Source: Phoronis australis (lineage: Eukaryota > Animalia > Phoronida). From it: DNA of 64,000 nucleotides. Of the stretch, positions 50,610 to 63,647 are shown piece after piece. The DNA lies in assembly GCA_002633005.1 (NCBI GenBank), contig NMRA01000240.1, forward strand, positions 1 to 64,000, read 5' to 3'. Numbering within the stretch: position 1 is the first letter of the stretch; every line of letters begins with the position of its first letter. The notes below the pieces were generated by a model that saw only the letters and a list, made by a program, of their open reading frames with translations, did no database searches and had not been told where the DNA came from. A program made the translations under genes and the position numbers.

Positions 50610-53600
50610 TTAACTAACACCTAACTTGTTACGCAGTGATTCAAGACGATCTCGAGGCAAAGGTTTTGTTAGTGAATCAGCTAACATAAGTTTGGTAGAA
50701 CAATAAGCAGTTTTGATATGCTCTTTTCCTATTTCCTCGCGGATGTAATGAAAACTTAAATCCATATGTTTACTTCGCTTAGATGTTCCAGTATTGTTTG
50801 CAATACAAATAGCAGCTTGATTGTCCATATACAGAGTAAGACATTTGGGACCTTGTTGTGTTAAGTCTAGAAATAACTGACGTAACCATGCTGCATCACG
50901 AGCAGCTTCATAAGCAGCAATATATTCTGCTTCAGCAGTAGACAAAGCAATAACACTCTGACGCTTGCTCTGCCAAGAGATAGGGCCATTTGCATACATG
51001 AATACTACACCTGATGTGGAGTGCCGTGTTTCATCATCGGCCCAACTCGAATCTGAATAGCCAACAGGAGACGTTTTTGAATAAACTATGCCATAATCTA
51101 AAGTACCTTTCAAGTACCGCAGTATGCGTTTAGACGCACTAAGATGAGTTTGCATGGGTGTAGAGCTAAATCGACTAAGAACCCCCACCGCATAAGCTAT
51201 GTCAGGTCGTGTAGCAGTAGACAAATACAATAGACTACCTACAATTGACTGATACAAAGTCTTGTCAACAGATTTACTGCTATTATCTTTAACAAGTTTA
51301 ACATCTGTAGCCATTGGTGTACTCACGGGATTACAATCACTCATGTTATACTTCTTAAGTATCTGTTCAACATAGTGCATTTGACTAAGTTTCATTGACT
51401 CTTCAGTGAATGATAAACTGATTCCTAGACATTAATGTAACTGACCTAAGTCTTTCATCTTAAACCTAGAACTCAAAGCAGTCTTGATTTCACTCATTGA
51501 CACTTCATTGTCACTAAGGATAACACTGTCATCTACATAGACAGCAAGTATGGTTTTGATACCATTAACTTCTCTAATATATATGCACTGATCAGCATTT
51601 GACTGTGTAAATTCTAATGACTTCAAGTGTTCATCTAACACCTGATTCCAGCATCTAAGAGACTGTTTGAGACCATACAATGAACGGTTAAGTTTGCAAA
51701 CCAGATTCTCTTCACCTGTAGACACAAATTCCTCTGGTTGAGTCATATAGATTTCTTCATCTAATTTACCATTTAAAAATGCAGTAACTACATCCATTTG
51801 ATGTATCAACATATTTTGACTGAACCCATAAGCAAGTAGTGCACGAAGTGACGACTTATGAACCACTGGTGCGAATGTTTCATCATAATCAATACCATGC
51901 TCTTCCGTGAAACTGCGAGCAACCAACCTAGCTTTAAACCTATCAATTGACCCATCCGACTTGGTTTTTACTTTGAAGACCCATTTGCAACTAATTGCCT
52001 TACGACTAGGGGGTAGTGGGACTAGTTCCCAAGTTTCATTTTCCATAAGGGATTCGTACTCCTCATTTGCAGCAACTTGCCATTGTAAACTTTGAGGACT
52101 CTTCAATGCTTCTTTAAAGGTTAAAGGCTCAACTAACTCAGTTATGTGTAAAGCATGATGCTCAGCAACTGTACTATATTCATCATAACCATACCTCACA
52201 GGTGGCTTATGTAATCGGACAGGACGTTTAGAGTCACTTCTTTATCACAATCAACAGCAGGAGTCACTTCTTCAGAAGATAATTCTACAGTAAGTTTATC
52301 CTGTGTGTCTAAGACATCTTTCTCAACAGGCACTGACAGACCTAACTTACTTTCATCAAAAAGTACATCACGGCGTACAACTTTTTTCCTAGTCTCTGGA
52401 TCATAAAGACGATAACCTTTTGACTGAATGCTATACCCTACAAATACCATAGACTCGGCTTTTGCATCTAACTTCCGACGCAGTTCATCTGGAACATGTG
52501 CATAAGCTAACGAACCAAATACACGCAGATTACTTACGTCAGGTTTCTTACCAAACCACATTTCATAGGGAGTCACAGACAATTGTTTAGTAGACAACCG
52601 ATTTCGAACATACAGGCTGTATACTGATGTGGCTATTGCTTCAGCCCAGAAAACCTTGAAAAACCCAGAATCGAAAATCATAGCTCTACCAGATTCACAC
52701 ACTGTTCTATTATATCTCTCAGCTACACCATTTTGTTGAGGTGAATACCTAACTGTTAGTTGGTGAGATATACCACACGATTTCAAGAAATCAATGAATT
52801 CATTTGATACATATTCTCCTCCCCCATCACTGCGTAACGTGCCTATCTTACACCCCATTTGACTTTCTACCTTAGCTTTGTATTCTTTGAACACTGAGAA
52901 TACATCACTTTTGTTAGATACAAAATACACAGAAGCATATCTTGTAAAATCATCAATGAATGTTACAAAATATCTACTACCACCTAGAGAGGTAGTTTGC
53001 ATTGGTCCGCAGACATCTGTATGTATCAATTCCAAAGGACGTTGTTTCTTGATGACACTAGATTTAAATGGTTTTCGGGCCATTTTATCCTTTATACAGG
53101 GGTCACACAGACCAACGCTTACATCAGATAGGTTAGCACCTGTTACTAAAGACTCAGCACACTTGATTGTTGCCTGACTGGCATGAGCTAAACGTTTATG
53201 CCAAACATCACAAGAAGCTATACAAGCTTTATGACCATTTGAGGCAATGTCTAGGTAGTACAACTTGTTCACAAGAGTACCCGTTGCCTGAACCTTACCA
53301 TCTTTGTCCTTTACCCAACATCTACTATGCCCAAATTGTACAATCTTGCCGTGACTGGTAACTGATTTAACAGAGAACAAATTTTGTTTCAGTTCTGAAA
53401 CATACATGACATCATGAAGTGTTACAGTTTTAGGACTTTTATTCAGCCACACAGTAACATCAATGTTTCCTTTCCCGAGCGCATCAGCCGTTTGACCATC
53501 CGCAATAGATACCTTTTCGACAGGCATCAAATCTGTGTATGTTTTGAAAACCGACCGACTCGGACACATATGGCTTGTTGCACCGGAGTCCATGAGCCAC

Positions 53601-54505
53601 GATGACTCAGCACTAGCATTTACAACCGTACCAACAATTTCTCTCACTGGGAACGCAATTTCCTCGGAATCGCTTTTACGACTGTTGTCTTCTACTTGTT
53701 TTTCTTCAGTGGCACACTTTGCTCTGTGTTGATGACCTCCTCGACCACGACCACGACCGAAACGACCTCGACCGGAACCGCGACTATTTCCGCTATCAGC
53801 TCCTCTCTTGGGACAGGAATTTCGATAGTGATCTGAATCACCACAGATGAAGCAACATCCAGCTGACTTATGTCTGTTCTCAGCTGATAAAGCTGAGTAA
53901 GACTTAGTAGATGATTTGTCACTCTACTTTGAGGTACGCTTTTGTTCTTCATTCAAAAGTGCGTTTGATACGAATTCCATTGTAATATTCTCCCCATGGG
54001 CTTCGAGGGCAGTGACAAGAGTAGTATAACTTTCTGGAAGACTTCCTAACAAAGTTACATGTACAACTTGGTCTTCTTCACTAACTGGAGCCTTGATAGC
54101 TGCCAGTTTATTTGTGAGTTCTTTCATGTACTTCAGATGTTTTTCAATTGAATCATTCTCCTTCATAACCGTTCTGAAGTATTGCTTCTTTAGATAAAGC
54201 CTGTTTGCAAGTGTGTCCCGTTCGAAATGCGTCTGTAACTTACTCCATGCTTCGATAGCTGTGTTACATTCAGTTATTAAATATATAAGATCATCGGACA
54301 CTGATAAAACAATGTAGCTCAACGCTTTCCTGCTTCTTGTTGTGAAGTCCTTCTTTTCTTTCCCCGAAGCACTGTCCGCCGGTGGATTTTCTGTGCCATC
54401 AATGAATCCAAACAAATCTCGCGCACACAAGTAATGCTTAATTTTAAACTTCCAAGATGAATAGTTTTCCGTATTTAATTTTGTTACCTCCCACTTGTCT
54501 CCCAT
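50610..54505 (-). pseudogene. Copia gag-pol broken by stops and frameshifts
   Basis: KLNTENYSSWKF (gag), CFICGDSDHYRNSC knuckle, WLMDSGATSHM (PR), WHKRLAH, HTDVCGP, QNGVAER (IN), LYGLKQ, YVDD (RT), GYSDSSWA, STAEAEY (RH). Confidence 0.95.
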
Positions 54506-54519
54506 AGCTTAGATGCGAC

Positions 54520-54533
54520 CTGGGCCCATAACC
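54520..54533 (-). promoter_or_regulatory. Primer-binding site GGTTATGGGCCCAG (half initiator-tRNA type)
   Basis: Directly follows the 5' LTR; complementary to the anticodon arm of tRNAiMet rather than its 3' CCA end. Confidence 0.85.
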
Positions 54534-54749
54534 TGTTGAAATTTGTTACCGAGAAATCCACTTTCTTTGACGAAAGTTTATTGAGCAAAACAAAAACAAA
54601 ACATCATAACAAAGATGGCTGGCAGACGCTTGAAACGCTAGTGAACAGCATTGTGGGTACAACTTAAAAATAGCACAACCATGGGAGATAACTTCACATG
54701 GGAGATAACTTCTTAGTTTAAACACAACTATGATGGAAATATTTCAACA
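54534..54749 (-). repeat. Copia 5' LTR (216 bp)
   Basis: Matches 50339-50547 with about 6 substitutions, a 17-bp internal duplication and a 10-bp deletion. Confidence 0.95.
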
Positions 54750-56270
54750 CAGTTGACAGCGGATATGTTATTGGTCCACGACAGTAGCACAACACTTCGT
54801 TCATTTTTACATCCCAAGACTGGCGAAGAACCAGCATCCTGGTAAACAGGCTTCGATCCTTTTCTTTTGCTCCTGCATTTGTCGCTTTCCGGATACCACC
54901 AAGTATTCGAGAAAACATCTTTGGTCTTTGTGATCAATCTTTCATTGATGCACCCTTAAAGTTACATTTCACCAATCTCATGTGCTAAGAGGAGATCTTT
55001 TTTGAGTTGCTTTTCAGAAACAGCACCAGAACTAAGGAATGCCTGGGTACCACAGTACTCCGATTGGTTTACCGTTTCCATGACTGATTGTACAATGTTT
55101 TCTTCATGTTTAATTGTAGTGTAGGATTTGCATCTTTAGGAGTCCCAAATTCAACACCCTGGTCAGCAAACTGATTGTACTATTGGAATATAGCAGCTCG
55201 GTCAGGCTGAGCAAGTATCCAGCTTTGAACAGTTCCGCTATTGAGTGTAAAACCAGTCCAACGACCTTTCGTTTTCGACTCTCTGTTTACAGTTTGTTCT
55301 ATCGCCTGGTCGTAAGCTATTGCAAGAAACAGTTACCGGCTTGTCTCTGCACCATCCATTTTTCATTAATCATCTCGTATTCCGCATCAAGCTGACTGAG
55401 TGCTGGTCAGGTTCATTATCTCAAGCCAGTAAGCTCGTAAATATCTCGCATAATTGACTCGGTCGTATCCAAAAACACGGCATCATTAACCGAATACAGG
55501 ATAAATAAAGGTCCAGTCGGATTCACGTGTGACCCGTATGCAGGTGAGCAGCGTTTACACCACGGTGATATAAGACGACCAGAAAACAAACGTCGGGTTT
55601 GCTTCCGATTGTTCTTGAATGAAGGTATTGTGCTTATCAATGAACATTCGGAATGGCTGACATTAACTCACATGCTTGTTGAATCCTTGCTGCATTTTGT
55701 CCACTTCACAAAGGAACACCGAGTTCACTTCAGCAATGGTGATGGTTTTAAGAAAACCCCGAAGCCGTAATTGTTGGAGGGCCTTGTATGAGCATAAATG
55801 TTTCGATTATACTGATGGCCGTTCATGACAACATTGATGGACCCTTGTGCGATTACTTGAGACTCTACGGGTACATCATGAAAACCAACATATCTGAATC
55901 TCTTGGCCAGAACAACCAAAAATGTTATACATGTGTGAAACTTGCCAAGCTGAACTGTCAAACGCTACGTGAGAAGTTTATCTTTCCAACGGATTTGTTG
56001 AGCCTTGGCACAACACCAAGGTGATATATGGAAGTTACAGGCAGTCAGCCATGTCCCCACTTTTCTGGAGGATGGCATTCAATGTACGGGGATCTGTGGG
56101 TGAGGCTTCACTAACAGGCAATTAATGGATGGCAGATTTCTCAACAGTTTGATTTCCCAATAGAAGACAATTTACGCAGGATAATCTCCTGGTACCGCTT
56201 AACAAAACGAAGCATGATAGAGACAAATGCAGATCAAAAGCTGGAGAAACTATGATGGGTGGGCGCAGGT

Positions 56271-56848
56271 TGTTACAGACCGGTGCTAATGGCTTTCGGT
56301 GCGACGACTGACTGAAGACTGTTTCGAGTTAATCCTTTATTAATCCCGACTGTACGTTCACAAGCCTACTCAAACAAAACGTCCGACGTAATGTATGTTC
56401 TACGCTCCAGCCTGTGCTGCAAAGCCTTCAGTTATGATGAACTTCTGAGACACATTCAGCAACCGTTACACTCGTCGATTCAATAACCTGCTGTCTCTAT
56501 AGCTGGCTCTGTATTGACTATAGCTGTAACTGCTGATTCTCTTCACTGCAACTCAACTTTAATCTCCTGATTAACTTTCTTGAATTCACCGATTAACTGA
56601 CCAACACGAACCCGTGTTAGTGTATTTATAGCTTAATGTATTGCTCTGAAACTTTTCATCAATTCAAGCAGATTCTAGAACTTTCCTGAATCTACCCAAC
56701 CATTCTACAAACATGTACTAGTCTCTAGAATATTCTAGACTGCATTAATCACTGTCATGCTAGAGTCTTCTAGAAAGTTCCACACTATTCTATAGTAAAC
56801 AAATTACATCATAACTGTACTCAGGGGTCATGCCAGTCAAACATAACA
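56271..56848 (-). mobile_element. Probable solo LTR inserted in the Academ relic
   Basis: tgtta...taaca termini, repeated ctaga/ttctagaa motifs, minus-strand AATAAA near 56336; interrupts transposase-like coding; no clear TSD. Confidence 0.5.
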
Positions 56849-59759
56849 ACAAAACAAAACAATACAACTAAAAGATTGTCAGTCTACATTCTGACACTTT
56901 TCTCTGTGGAATATATGTGGGTTTGAATCATGATGCCATTGGTCTGGTGGATTGTACTTCTCCCTGATCGTGTTTCTTCACCGAAGTCGATATTGTCCCA
57001 CAACATAACAGTGAAATCTATCTTTGCAAATCCATTAGGAACACAGTTTTGATTATGGACCTGTAACATAGCCAATCTTGTCTCATGATTGTAGATGGTG
57101 ACACGCAATGGACAAGACAATGTGGCAATACCAGAAGCTTGGTGGAACCAGTTAAATGGCGAGCAGTTAGACCGACAGCTAAAAACGTCAGTATGTGCTG
57201 CTTCCCTTTAGAAGCAAATTAAAGATCTTGGCTTAGAGAAAGCAACTTTGCTTTTTCGTATGGTGAAACGTCCACTCTGCTGCGTAAATTTTGACAGTCT
57301 GATGCACCAGGACGCCAAGCAAGAAAATTGAAGAGCGCAAGGGAACACTTTTCTGGCAGGAATCAATAGTGAAAGGAGATGATGGTTGAGGCTTTTTTCA
57401 ACAAACTGAGGGGCTTCTCTTATGGATTTCTTTGAAATCTAAGCCATCTGTTCATTATTAATGTCAGGATACCTCTCTTCACTTGAACTTTGCTGATATT
57501 CATCCCCTGTGGTGACTGCATCACTTTCGCTCTCATACCAGGTGGAAACGTTAAAAGCAGCAATGAACAGCCTCCCTCTGGTTTAGTAGTGGGGAGACTG
57601 AAAGACTAGTAGCCGAAAAAATTTTGAAGCCTACTCTTGAGTTGATAAGTTCAAAAAATATAAGAAGAAATTATGTAAATCACTAACTTTATGATGAACA
57701 CAACATCCCAGTACAATCATTGCCATCTTTACGAGCTTTAGGAAGGCCAAGCTGGCCCGCAACCAGCCTTTTAAGGAGAAATGAATTTCACACTGACTTG
57801 GTTTGTATTTGTACGTTTTTCTTTCTACAGGTACCTTGTTGGCGTGGAAATCTCGCTGGCCCCAAGGGGTTTGAACTACCATGAGGGGAGCGTTTACTGT
57901 GCTATTTTGGCGCAAAGGAGAGTTCGTGAGAACATCATGGTTGTAGGCATGTCAAGCATTGAACCTAGCACGTATTTTCCCATTCATGGCAAATACAATG
58001 GCTAAATGAGGACAAATTGTCATTTAGCATTTGCTTTCAGAGAATGGGTATACATTTTACGATTTGTATACTCGTGAAAATATTGAAAATTGTGAACGGT
58101 GTGTCCGTAACTCGTTTGGCAAACCGTTCCGGCAGACTGTAGGTACCATGGATTTGGTTACCGCGTTAAAGATAGTGTTGTCTGTAAACAGAAAATCCCA
58201 TCTTTTCTTAGGTAAGTTATGATTTACTACTAAAACCAGAGGACGTTTGAACAGAATAAACCAAAAACGTGTTTTCCACATTTCTGTAACTTGTTATTTC
58301 ACATCCATCTAATTCAGACGTAGAATCCTACACAAGTCTCGGGTTTATGACATGGGCAAAACATGTTCCAAGATGATTTGCCCATGTCATGAACCACAGA
58401 CGAGTGCAGGATTTGTTTTCTTACATGAACTGTAAACTGCAGTCAGCTTTCGTAAATAAATCTTCAACATAGAATCTAATAAATAATCTTTAAAGTTGTG
58501 ATATTGAAACTGTTTAAAAATGGCAGTCTTCAGGGCATCCCCGCGTGTGAGCACTAAATTCGATCTTGAGATAGCACAGCTAGAGAGTCTCACCGCGTCT
58601 ATCGAGTTCGGGTTCGTTTCCGTTTGAATGAACGTGGATATGGAATTCTCCGACGAAGACGGGTCCCTTTAAGAAGTTGTTTGCATGTCCTTCCTACAGG
58701 CAGTACGTGCATTCGCGACACCCGGTTTATCATATATAACCTTGTCACCTTCATGGAATTCCGGCATTGTTTGTTTTGGCGCGCTTTTGATTGTTGGTAT
58801 TGTTTTACAGACGATAAAATGTAAGGCATATTGATTTCTACTTTGCACTGCTTTGTTATTCGCCCATGTAATATAAAAAAATTACGTACTCGGTATTATT
58901 AACCAGTTGTGTCGTCATGTGAGAAATAAAAGTTATACCACTTACAAAGGAATACTACTGACACATCTTAACAAAAATTCATCTCATTTATGACCGGTAC
59001 CAACGAGACCCCAGTCCCGTCAGACGGCCACAATTATGGGGGGGGGGGGGGGGNCAAGTAACTAGCTGAGATTCTAACAGTGTGAAAATACGAAACTAGA
59101 AAAACTAGGCTAGTCGCTGATCAGCTCACTTGATTCACTTGAGAGAGGCAGCCTATCTGTCTGCGCTAGATCTAGTGCCAGGGTTCGTTTTAATCCAGTT
59201 TCGAGAAAAGCTCTTTTATTTTGGTCATAATTTGAAAGAATTTTTTGAAAATGTGAGGTCGCAAGATCTCTGTAATAGTGCCTTTGGGGCTGTTTCAAAT
59301 TCCGTGTTGAAGTATACCTGTAATACCTGTCACGGATAGGATCATTGGGGATGTGGTGGTGCATTAATACCCTCACCAGACCATCCCGTGACAGCAGAAG
59401 GCGCAGAACGGCAGGGCTAACGTCGTCTGTCAGCATCTAATTTGACAACACACGGGCAACACGTGTTTAAACACGGCCAGTACTCCTGTTTCTGGGGGCT
59501 GGGGAAAATGTACACACTTCAATGCCCGGAGTTCAAATTCAGTTCTCATTGATCTCTGAGATTCTTTGTTGGTTGGTGCATGGCTTCACCAAATTTTAAG
59601 GTTGGTGTGTCAGATAATGACGTGCTTCGTCTTTGTAATGTGCACGGGAATGGCAAGTGCACGATTCAGTTTTGAAGATGAAAATTCATTGCACCGTGCA
59701 ACTGGAAACTCAAAACATCTATTAAGTGCAAAAACAACCTTTCCAGGTTAATGAGCAAT

Positions 59760-60677
59760 GAGTTTTATTTGATATTCCCCCATCATTCTCGACATCCCTA
59801 TGATTGAAGCAAAATATACACAACTGGAGGCAGCCATGAAGGCCCTCACACTAGAAACCCTGGACAGAAACTACCCCAACACCACCTGCAGCCGAGTTTA
59901 TACAGATGGCTCTGCAGAGAATGCTGTCAGACGGCAGCACTCTGCGCAAGTACATTGCCACAAGCCTTCACTCCACCAACTACAGAGCTGAGGCAATTGC
60001 ACTGTACTTCACAGCCCAGACACTCAACCAGCAAACGAGGCTCCTGGATCAGACAGTCTTCCTCTCAGACTACCGATCTCTTCTGAAGAACTTTCGGACA
60101 ACAGAGAGAGACCAGATCCTTCAATCCATCAAGCAAGAGATGCACATTGTCAGCAGCAAAACCACTGTTGTGCTGCAATGGATTTCCTCCCATTTCGGCA
60201 TCAGCGGCAACAAGGAAGCAGACTGACTCTCCAAGGCAGGAAGCACACTGAAGCAGACGTCGCACCCATCATCATATGGAGAAGTAAAACCCTCCTACGA
60301 AGTCATTTTAGAAATGCCTGGAGGGTACGCCTATGTCCGGGGACTGGAGAAGACTATATCCACCAGCCTGATCGGCAGGAACAAGTCACTATCTTCATGC
60401 TAAAAACCGGCCACTGCCAGCCCTTCTCCCACACGCATCGTCTGAAAATCTCTCACACAGACGAGAGCCCCTGTAGCACTGGCCCCCAGACACCTGAGCA
60501 TTTACTGCAGAGCTTCCCTACGTCCGATACCCTAAGGCGCCAGACATGGCCCAGTCCAGTGGAACTCAAGGTAAAACTGTGGTGCCCGACGGCATCATTG
60601 CGGCGAACTGCACACTGTGCCCAAAAGAGCAGACTGACTATCTAAGCTACATGGCCGAGAACGCTGAAGAAGAAGAA
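59760..60677 (+). mobile_element. 5'-truncated Ingi/I-group LINE (RNase H, CCHC remnant, GAA tail)
   Basis: VYTDGSAE, STNYRAEAIAL, FLSD, LQWISSHFGISGNKEAD, LKTGH, QTPEHLLQ; ends gaagaagaagaa. Confidence 0.85.
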
Positions 60678-61559
60678 TTTGATTTATTTAAAGATTTAAA
60701 CTTTTTTCTATCTACGGTGTGTGAATAAAAACCACTAATCTAGTTCCTTAGCCAATAATCAATTGACTTTTGAATTGTGAGGACATTTTGGTACACTTTG
60801 GCTGTCCTAAGTTCATCAATATACTTGCGACTTATGTCAGACAAACAAAATTCTTCTGTGTAATATGTTATTTGGCGATCTGATGACACATCAAATTTTC
60901 GCAACGTCGAGCTGCACAAGTTCTTACAAGATAAGCTTCTAATTGTAAAATACCATCTATCAATTAGTCCAATTCCGTAGATGCATAAACAATGCGTTTA
61001 CCTTGATTTAATAACTTAAATCCTTTTGATCCCTGTTTTGTGAGTTTAAATGACAAATCTTGAACCTAAGTAAAAAACAATGTATTTATAGTCATTTGAA
61101 TGATGAGTACATTGTTGGGAATTGTTCGAATTTCATCAATGTCTTTGGGAGATTATTTGGGCAAAACCATCTTACTGCAAAGTATATGTACTACTTCAGG
61201 TTGCAACTAAATTTAATAAAACATCACCAAATCTTACAAGTGACATATATTTATTGAATGATACACAGAACATACAAAGAAATAATGACGAACCCAGAAA
61301 TTGCGAAGCATTATATCTGGGTTGTAGACAATTCATAAATGAAAGTAATATACATAGAGGTATATAAATGTAAGTAGTATCTAATATAAGTATTCCAATA
61401 TTTAGATATGCTATTACGAACTTATAAAAACAAAAACATGTATAGATTCATGTATGGAAATCAGAACCAAAAATATTTATAAGCGATACATACAAATTTG
61501 GTTACGTATGCTTAAGATGAATTCATTGAGAACAAGGTCTACCATTCAATAATAATGTA

Positions 61560-63420
61560 ACTTTAGTAGGGGTAATATTGAGAGCTTTTACAATTCATTA
61601 GTTTTCATTGAGTGCACCAAAGAGTGAGTCTCTCAGATTTTCGATGAGGGGACATTTGAAGAAACCATGAGGATAAGATTGATGGTCACTACATTTACAG
61701 TTCACTAATCTTGTGCCTAAGCTTGCCGAAGTTTAGGAAAAGACCACATCTTGATCTGTACAATGCTAATTCGTTATCGCGGGGAAGGGAGAATTGAGTC
61801 AGGGCTGTTGAGTCATCAAAATTATGAAAAACAATTCTAAAATTATTTTTTATACTCGTAAAAGAGCTGCTTTCCTTAACAGAGACTGGAAGAGAATTGC
61901 AGTTGTTGATGCACATCATGACTGTAGACCTTCTGAATGTCTGACTGAATGACAGAGGAATTGCATATGGGGTGGTGGATCTCAAACCACTAAGATGGCT
62001 TTTTCGAGTGTATAGATGAAATATTTTTGACAGGGGCGTTGTTGACATTGTTTATTACTTTGAAAGTAAATGTGGTCATGTGATGATTGCGTCGAGTAGA
62101 CAGTTTGGGCCATGTGTGACTATTCAAAACCTTGACCCTATTGGATTCCCTGTAAGTTCCAGTTTTGAGTAAGGAAGCATGATACTGTAATTTCTTCAAA
62201 TGCTACAGTGCACCAGTATTGGCAGACTGATATTTAATAATATCTCAATAATCGACATGTGGAAGTATGAAGGATTTGACCATAACTTCTAAATGTGTAG
62301 TATTCAGATGGCGTGAGACAAGCTTTTAAGCTTGTCTCACTTAAAAGTGTGTTAATTAGTTTCAATTTTTTGTAGAATCTTAGCTTCCCCTCATAAGTGC
62401 TTGGCAGTTTCGGATTTACACATACATGTATAGAAGGACAATGAGATATTCCCCCTAACCTCCTCACCGATAGAGGGTCTCTTCTAAAATGGAACACCTT
62501 AAGATGAAAGGCTAAACATCATTAAGTTTGGAAAAGAGTGACAGTTTATTCCATCGTTGTGTGACCCTAAAAGAAGTGACCTTTCTCAGCATGAAAACCG
62601 GTTGTCCGTACGATTTCACAGAAATGGAAATAGCCGTAATCGAGTCCAACACTGGGATCTCTCTCTGTAAACGCCTCCTTAAGATTTCTCTCTGTAAGTG
62701 CCTCCTTAAGAATTTGTCAACAAAACACTAAAAGAGTTCCAACTTAAATGTCATCAATGGATCCCTTCAAGTACTGGGCCCCTAAATATGAAAAGATCTA
62801 AATTAGTTTTCAAAAATTCGGAGTGCGCAGGAATTAATGCTATCTGTCAGATTATCAGTTTTTGTCAAGTGATATACAACTTAAAAAAACGAGAAAATAG
62901 AGCGACAGTTGTCCCCGTTATCCCTTTCCAGAGGAGGGTTTGTGGAATAATGTTGTGTAGCAGCAAAATTGTCTTCTTGACATTAAAAATCCAGTGCACG
63001 TCCTCAATTGCGCTTAGACGGCCTATGCAGCAAAATCGGAGACAACACTATCCTGGCCAGGGCCCTCATGCACTGATACTTAGTTGTCAAATGTTCCCTT
63101 GAATTTTCTGTCATCTCCATGTTTCGCAGTCATCTTTGTCGTCATTCATGTGCCAAGCACGGTGCCTGCACCGGTTAAGCAACAACATTTTCTGTAAAAG
63201 TGTTGAATAACCAGTAAACTCATATTTCATGATGACATGATAAGAACTTTCAATTTGTAAAATACAGTGAACCATTGAAAAATTATATGATGGAAGGCAG
63301 AGTCTTGACTGAGGGTGAAAGCCAAAAACTCTTACCATTTTCACTTGTGACATGACCAGAATAACGTCGGTGGTATAACCCGCTTTCATGGCATCTAGAC
63401 TCATCTGCTGCTCTATTTTG
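61560..63420 (-). mobile_element. Cluster of degraded LINE fragments (L2/CR1-like 3' end and RT pieces)
   Basis: HTWPKLSTRR...FKVINN and NSLPVSVKESSSFTSIK (L2-like C-terminus); KLRFYKKLK; weak RT-like pieces at about 63110-63400. Confidence 0.55.
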
Positions 63421-63445
63421 TAATTCAGCCATTACTACTTGTATG

Positions 63446-63647
63446 CAGGGTGTTACGGTATTTTGTCAACATGGCCACTGATACTTTTGGATACTTCGTT
63501 TGTAAAGTACACTCAAATTTCACTTTGAGCACCAGTTCGGTTATAGTCTGACGCCCGTCGGACTATAACTGAACTGCTGCCCGTGCTTGACTTAGGAAGT
63601 ATCCAAAAGTATGATTGGCGATAGTGACAAAATACCGTAACATCCTG
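63446..63647. mobile_element. Fold-back MITE with Tc1/mariner-like CAGGGTG termini
   Basis: cagggtgttacggtattttgtca / tgacaaaataccgtaacatcctg, plus inner arms and a central hairpin of about 21 bp. Confidence 0.75.

Larger units (their letters stand above)
50339..54749 (-). mobile_element. Full-length Ty1/Copia LTR retrotransposon, inactivated
   Basis: Two TG...CA LTRs, TSD cagtg/cagtt, PBS, PPT agtgggag, domain order gag-PR-IN-RT-RH. Confidence 0.97.
49570..58830 (-). mobile_element. Academ (AcademX-like) DNA transposon relic, interrupted by Copia and a solo LTR
   Basis: WDNIDFGEETRSGRSTIHQTNGIMIQ; GSINVVMNGHQYNR; XPG/PIN-like ILDGMAV, FVFDRF, DHEETDSRM, VIGLH; outer boundaries approximate. 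Confidence 0.75.

Noticed and set aside
718-63404. Most short 60-150 aa ORFs in the six-frame track
   Set aside because: Antisense or off-frame shadows of transposon coding sequence, or chance ORFs without motifs or splice support
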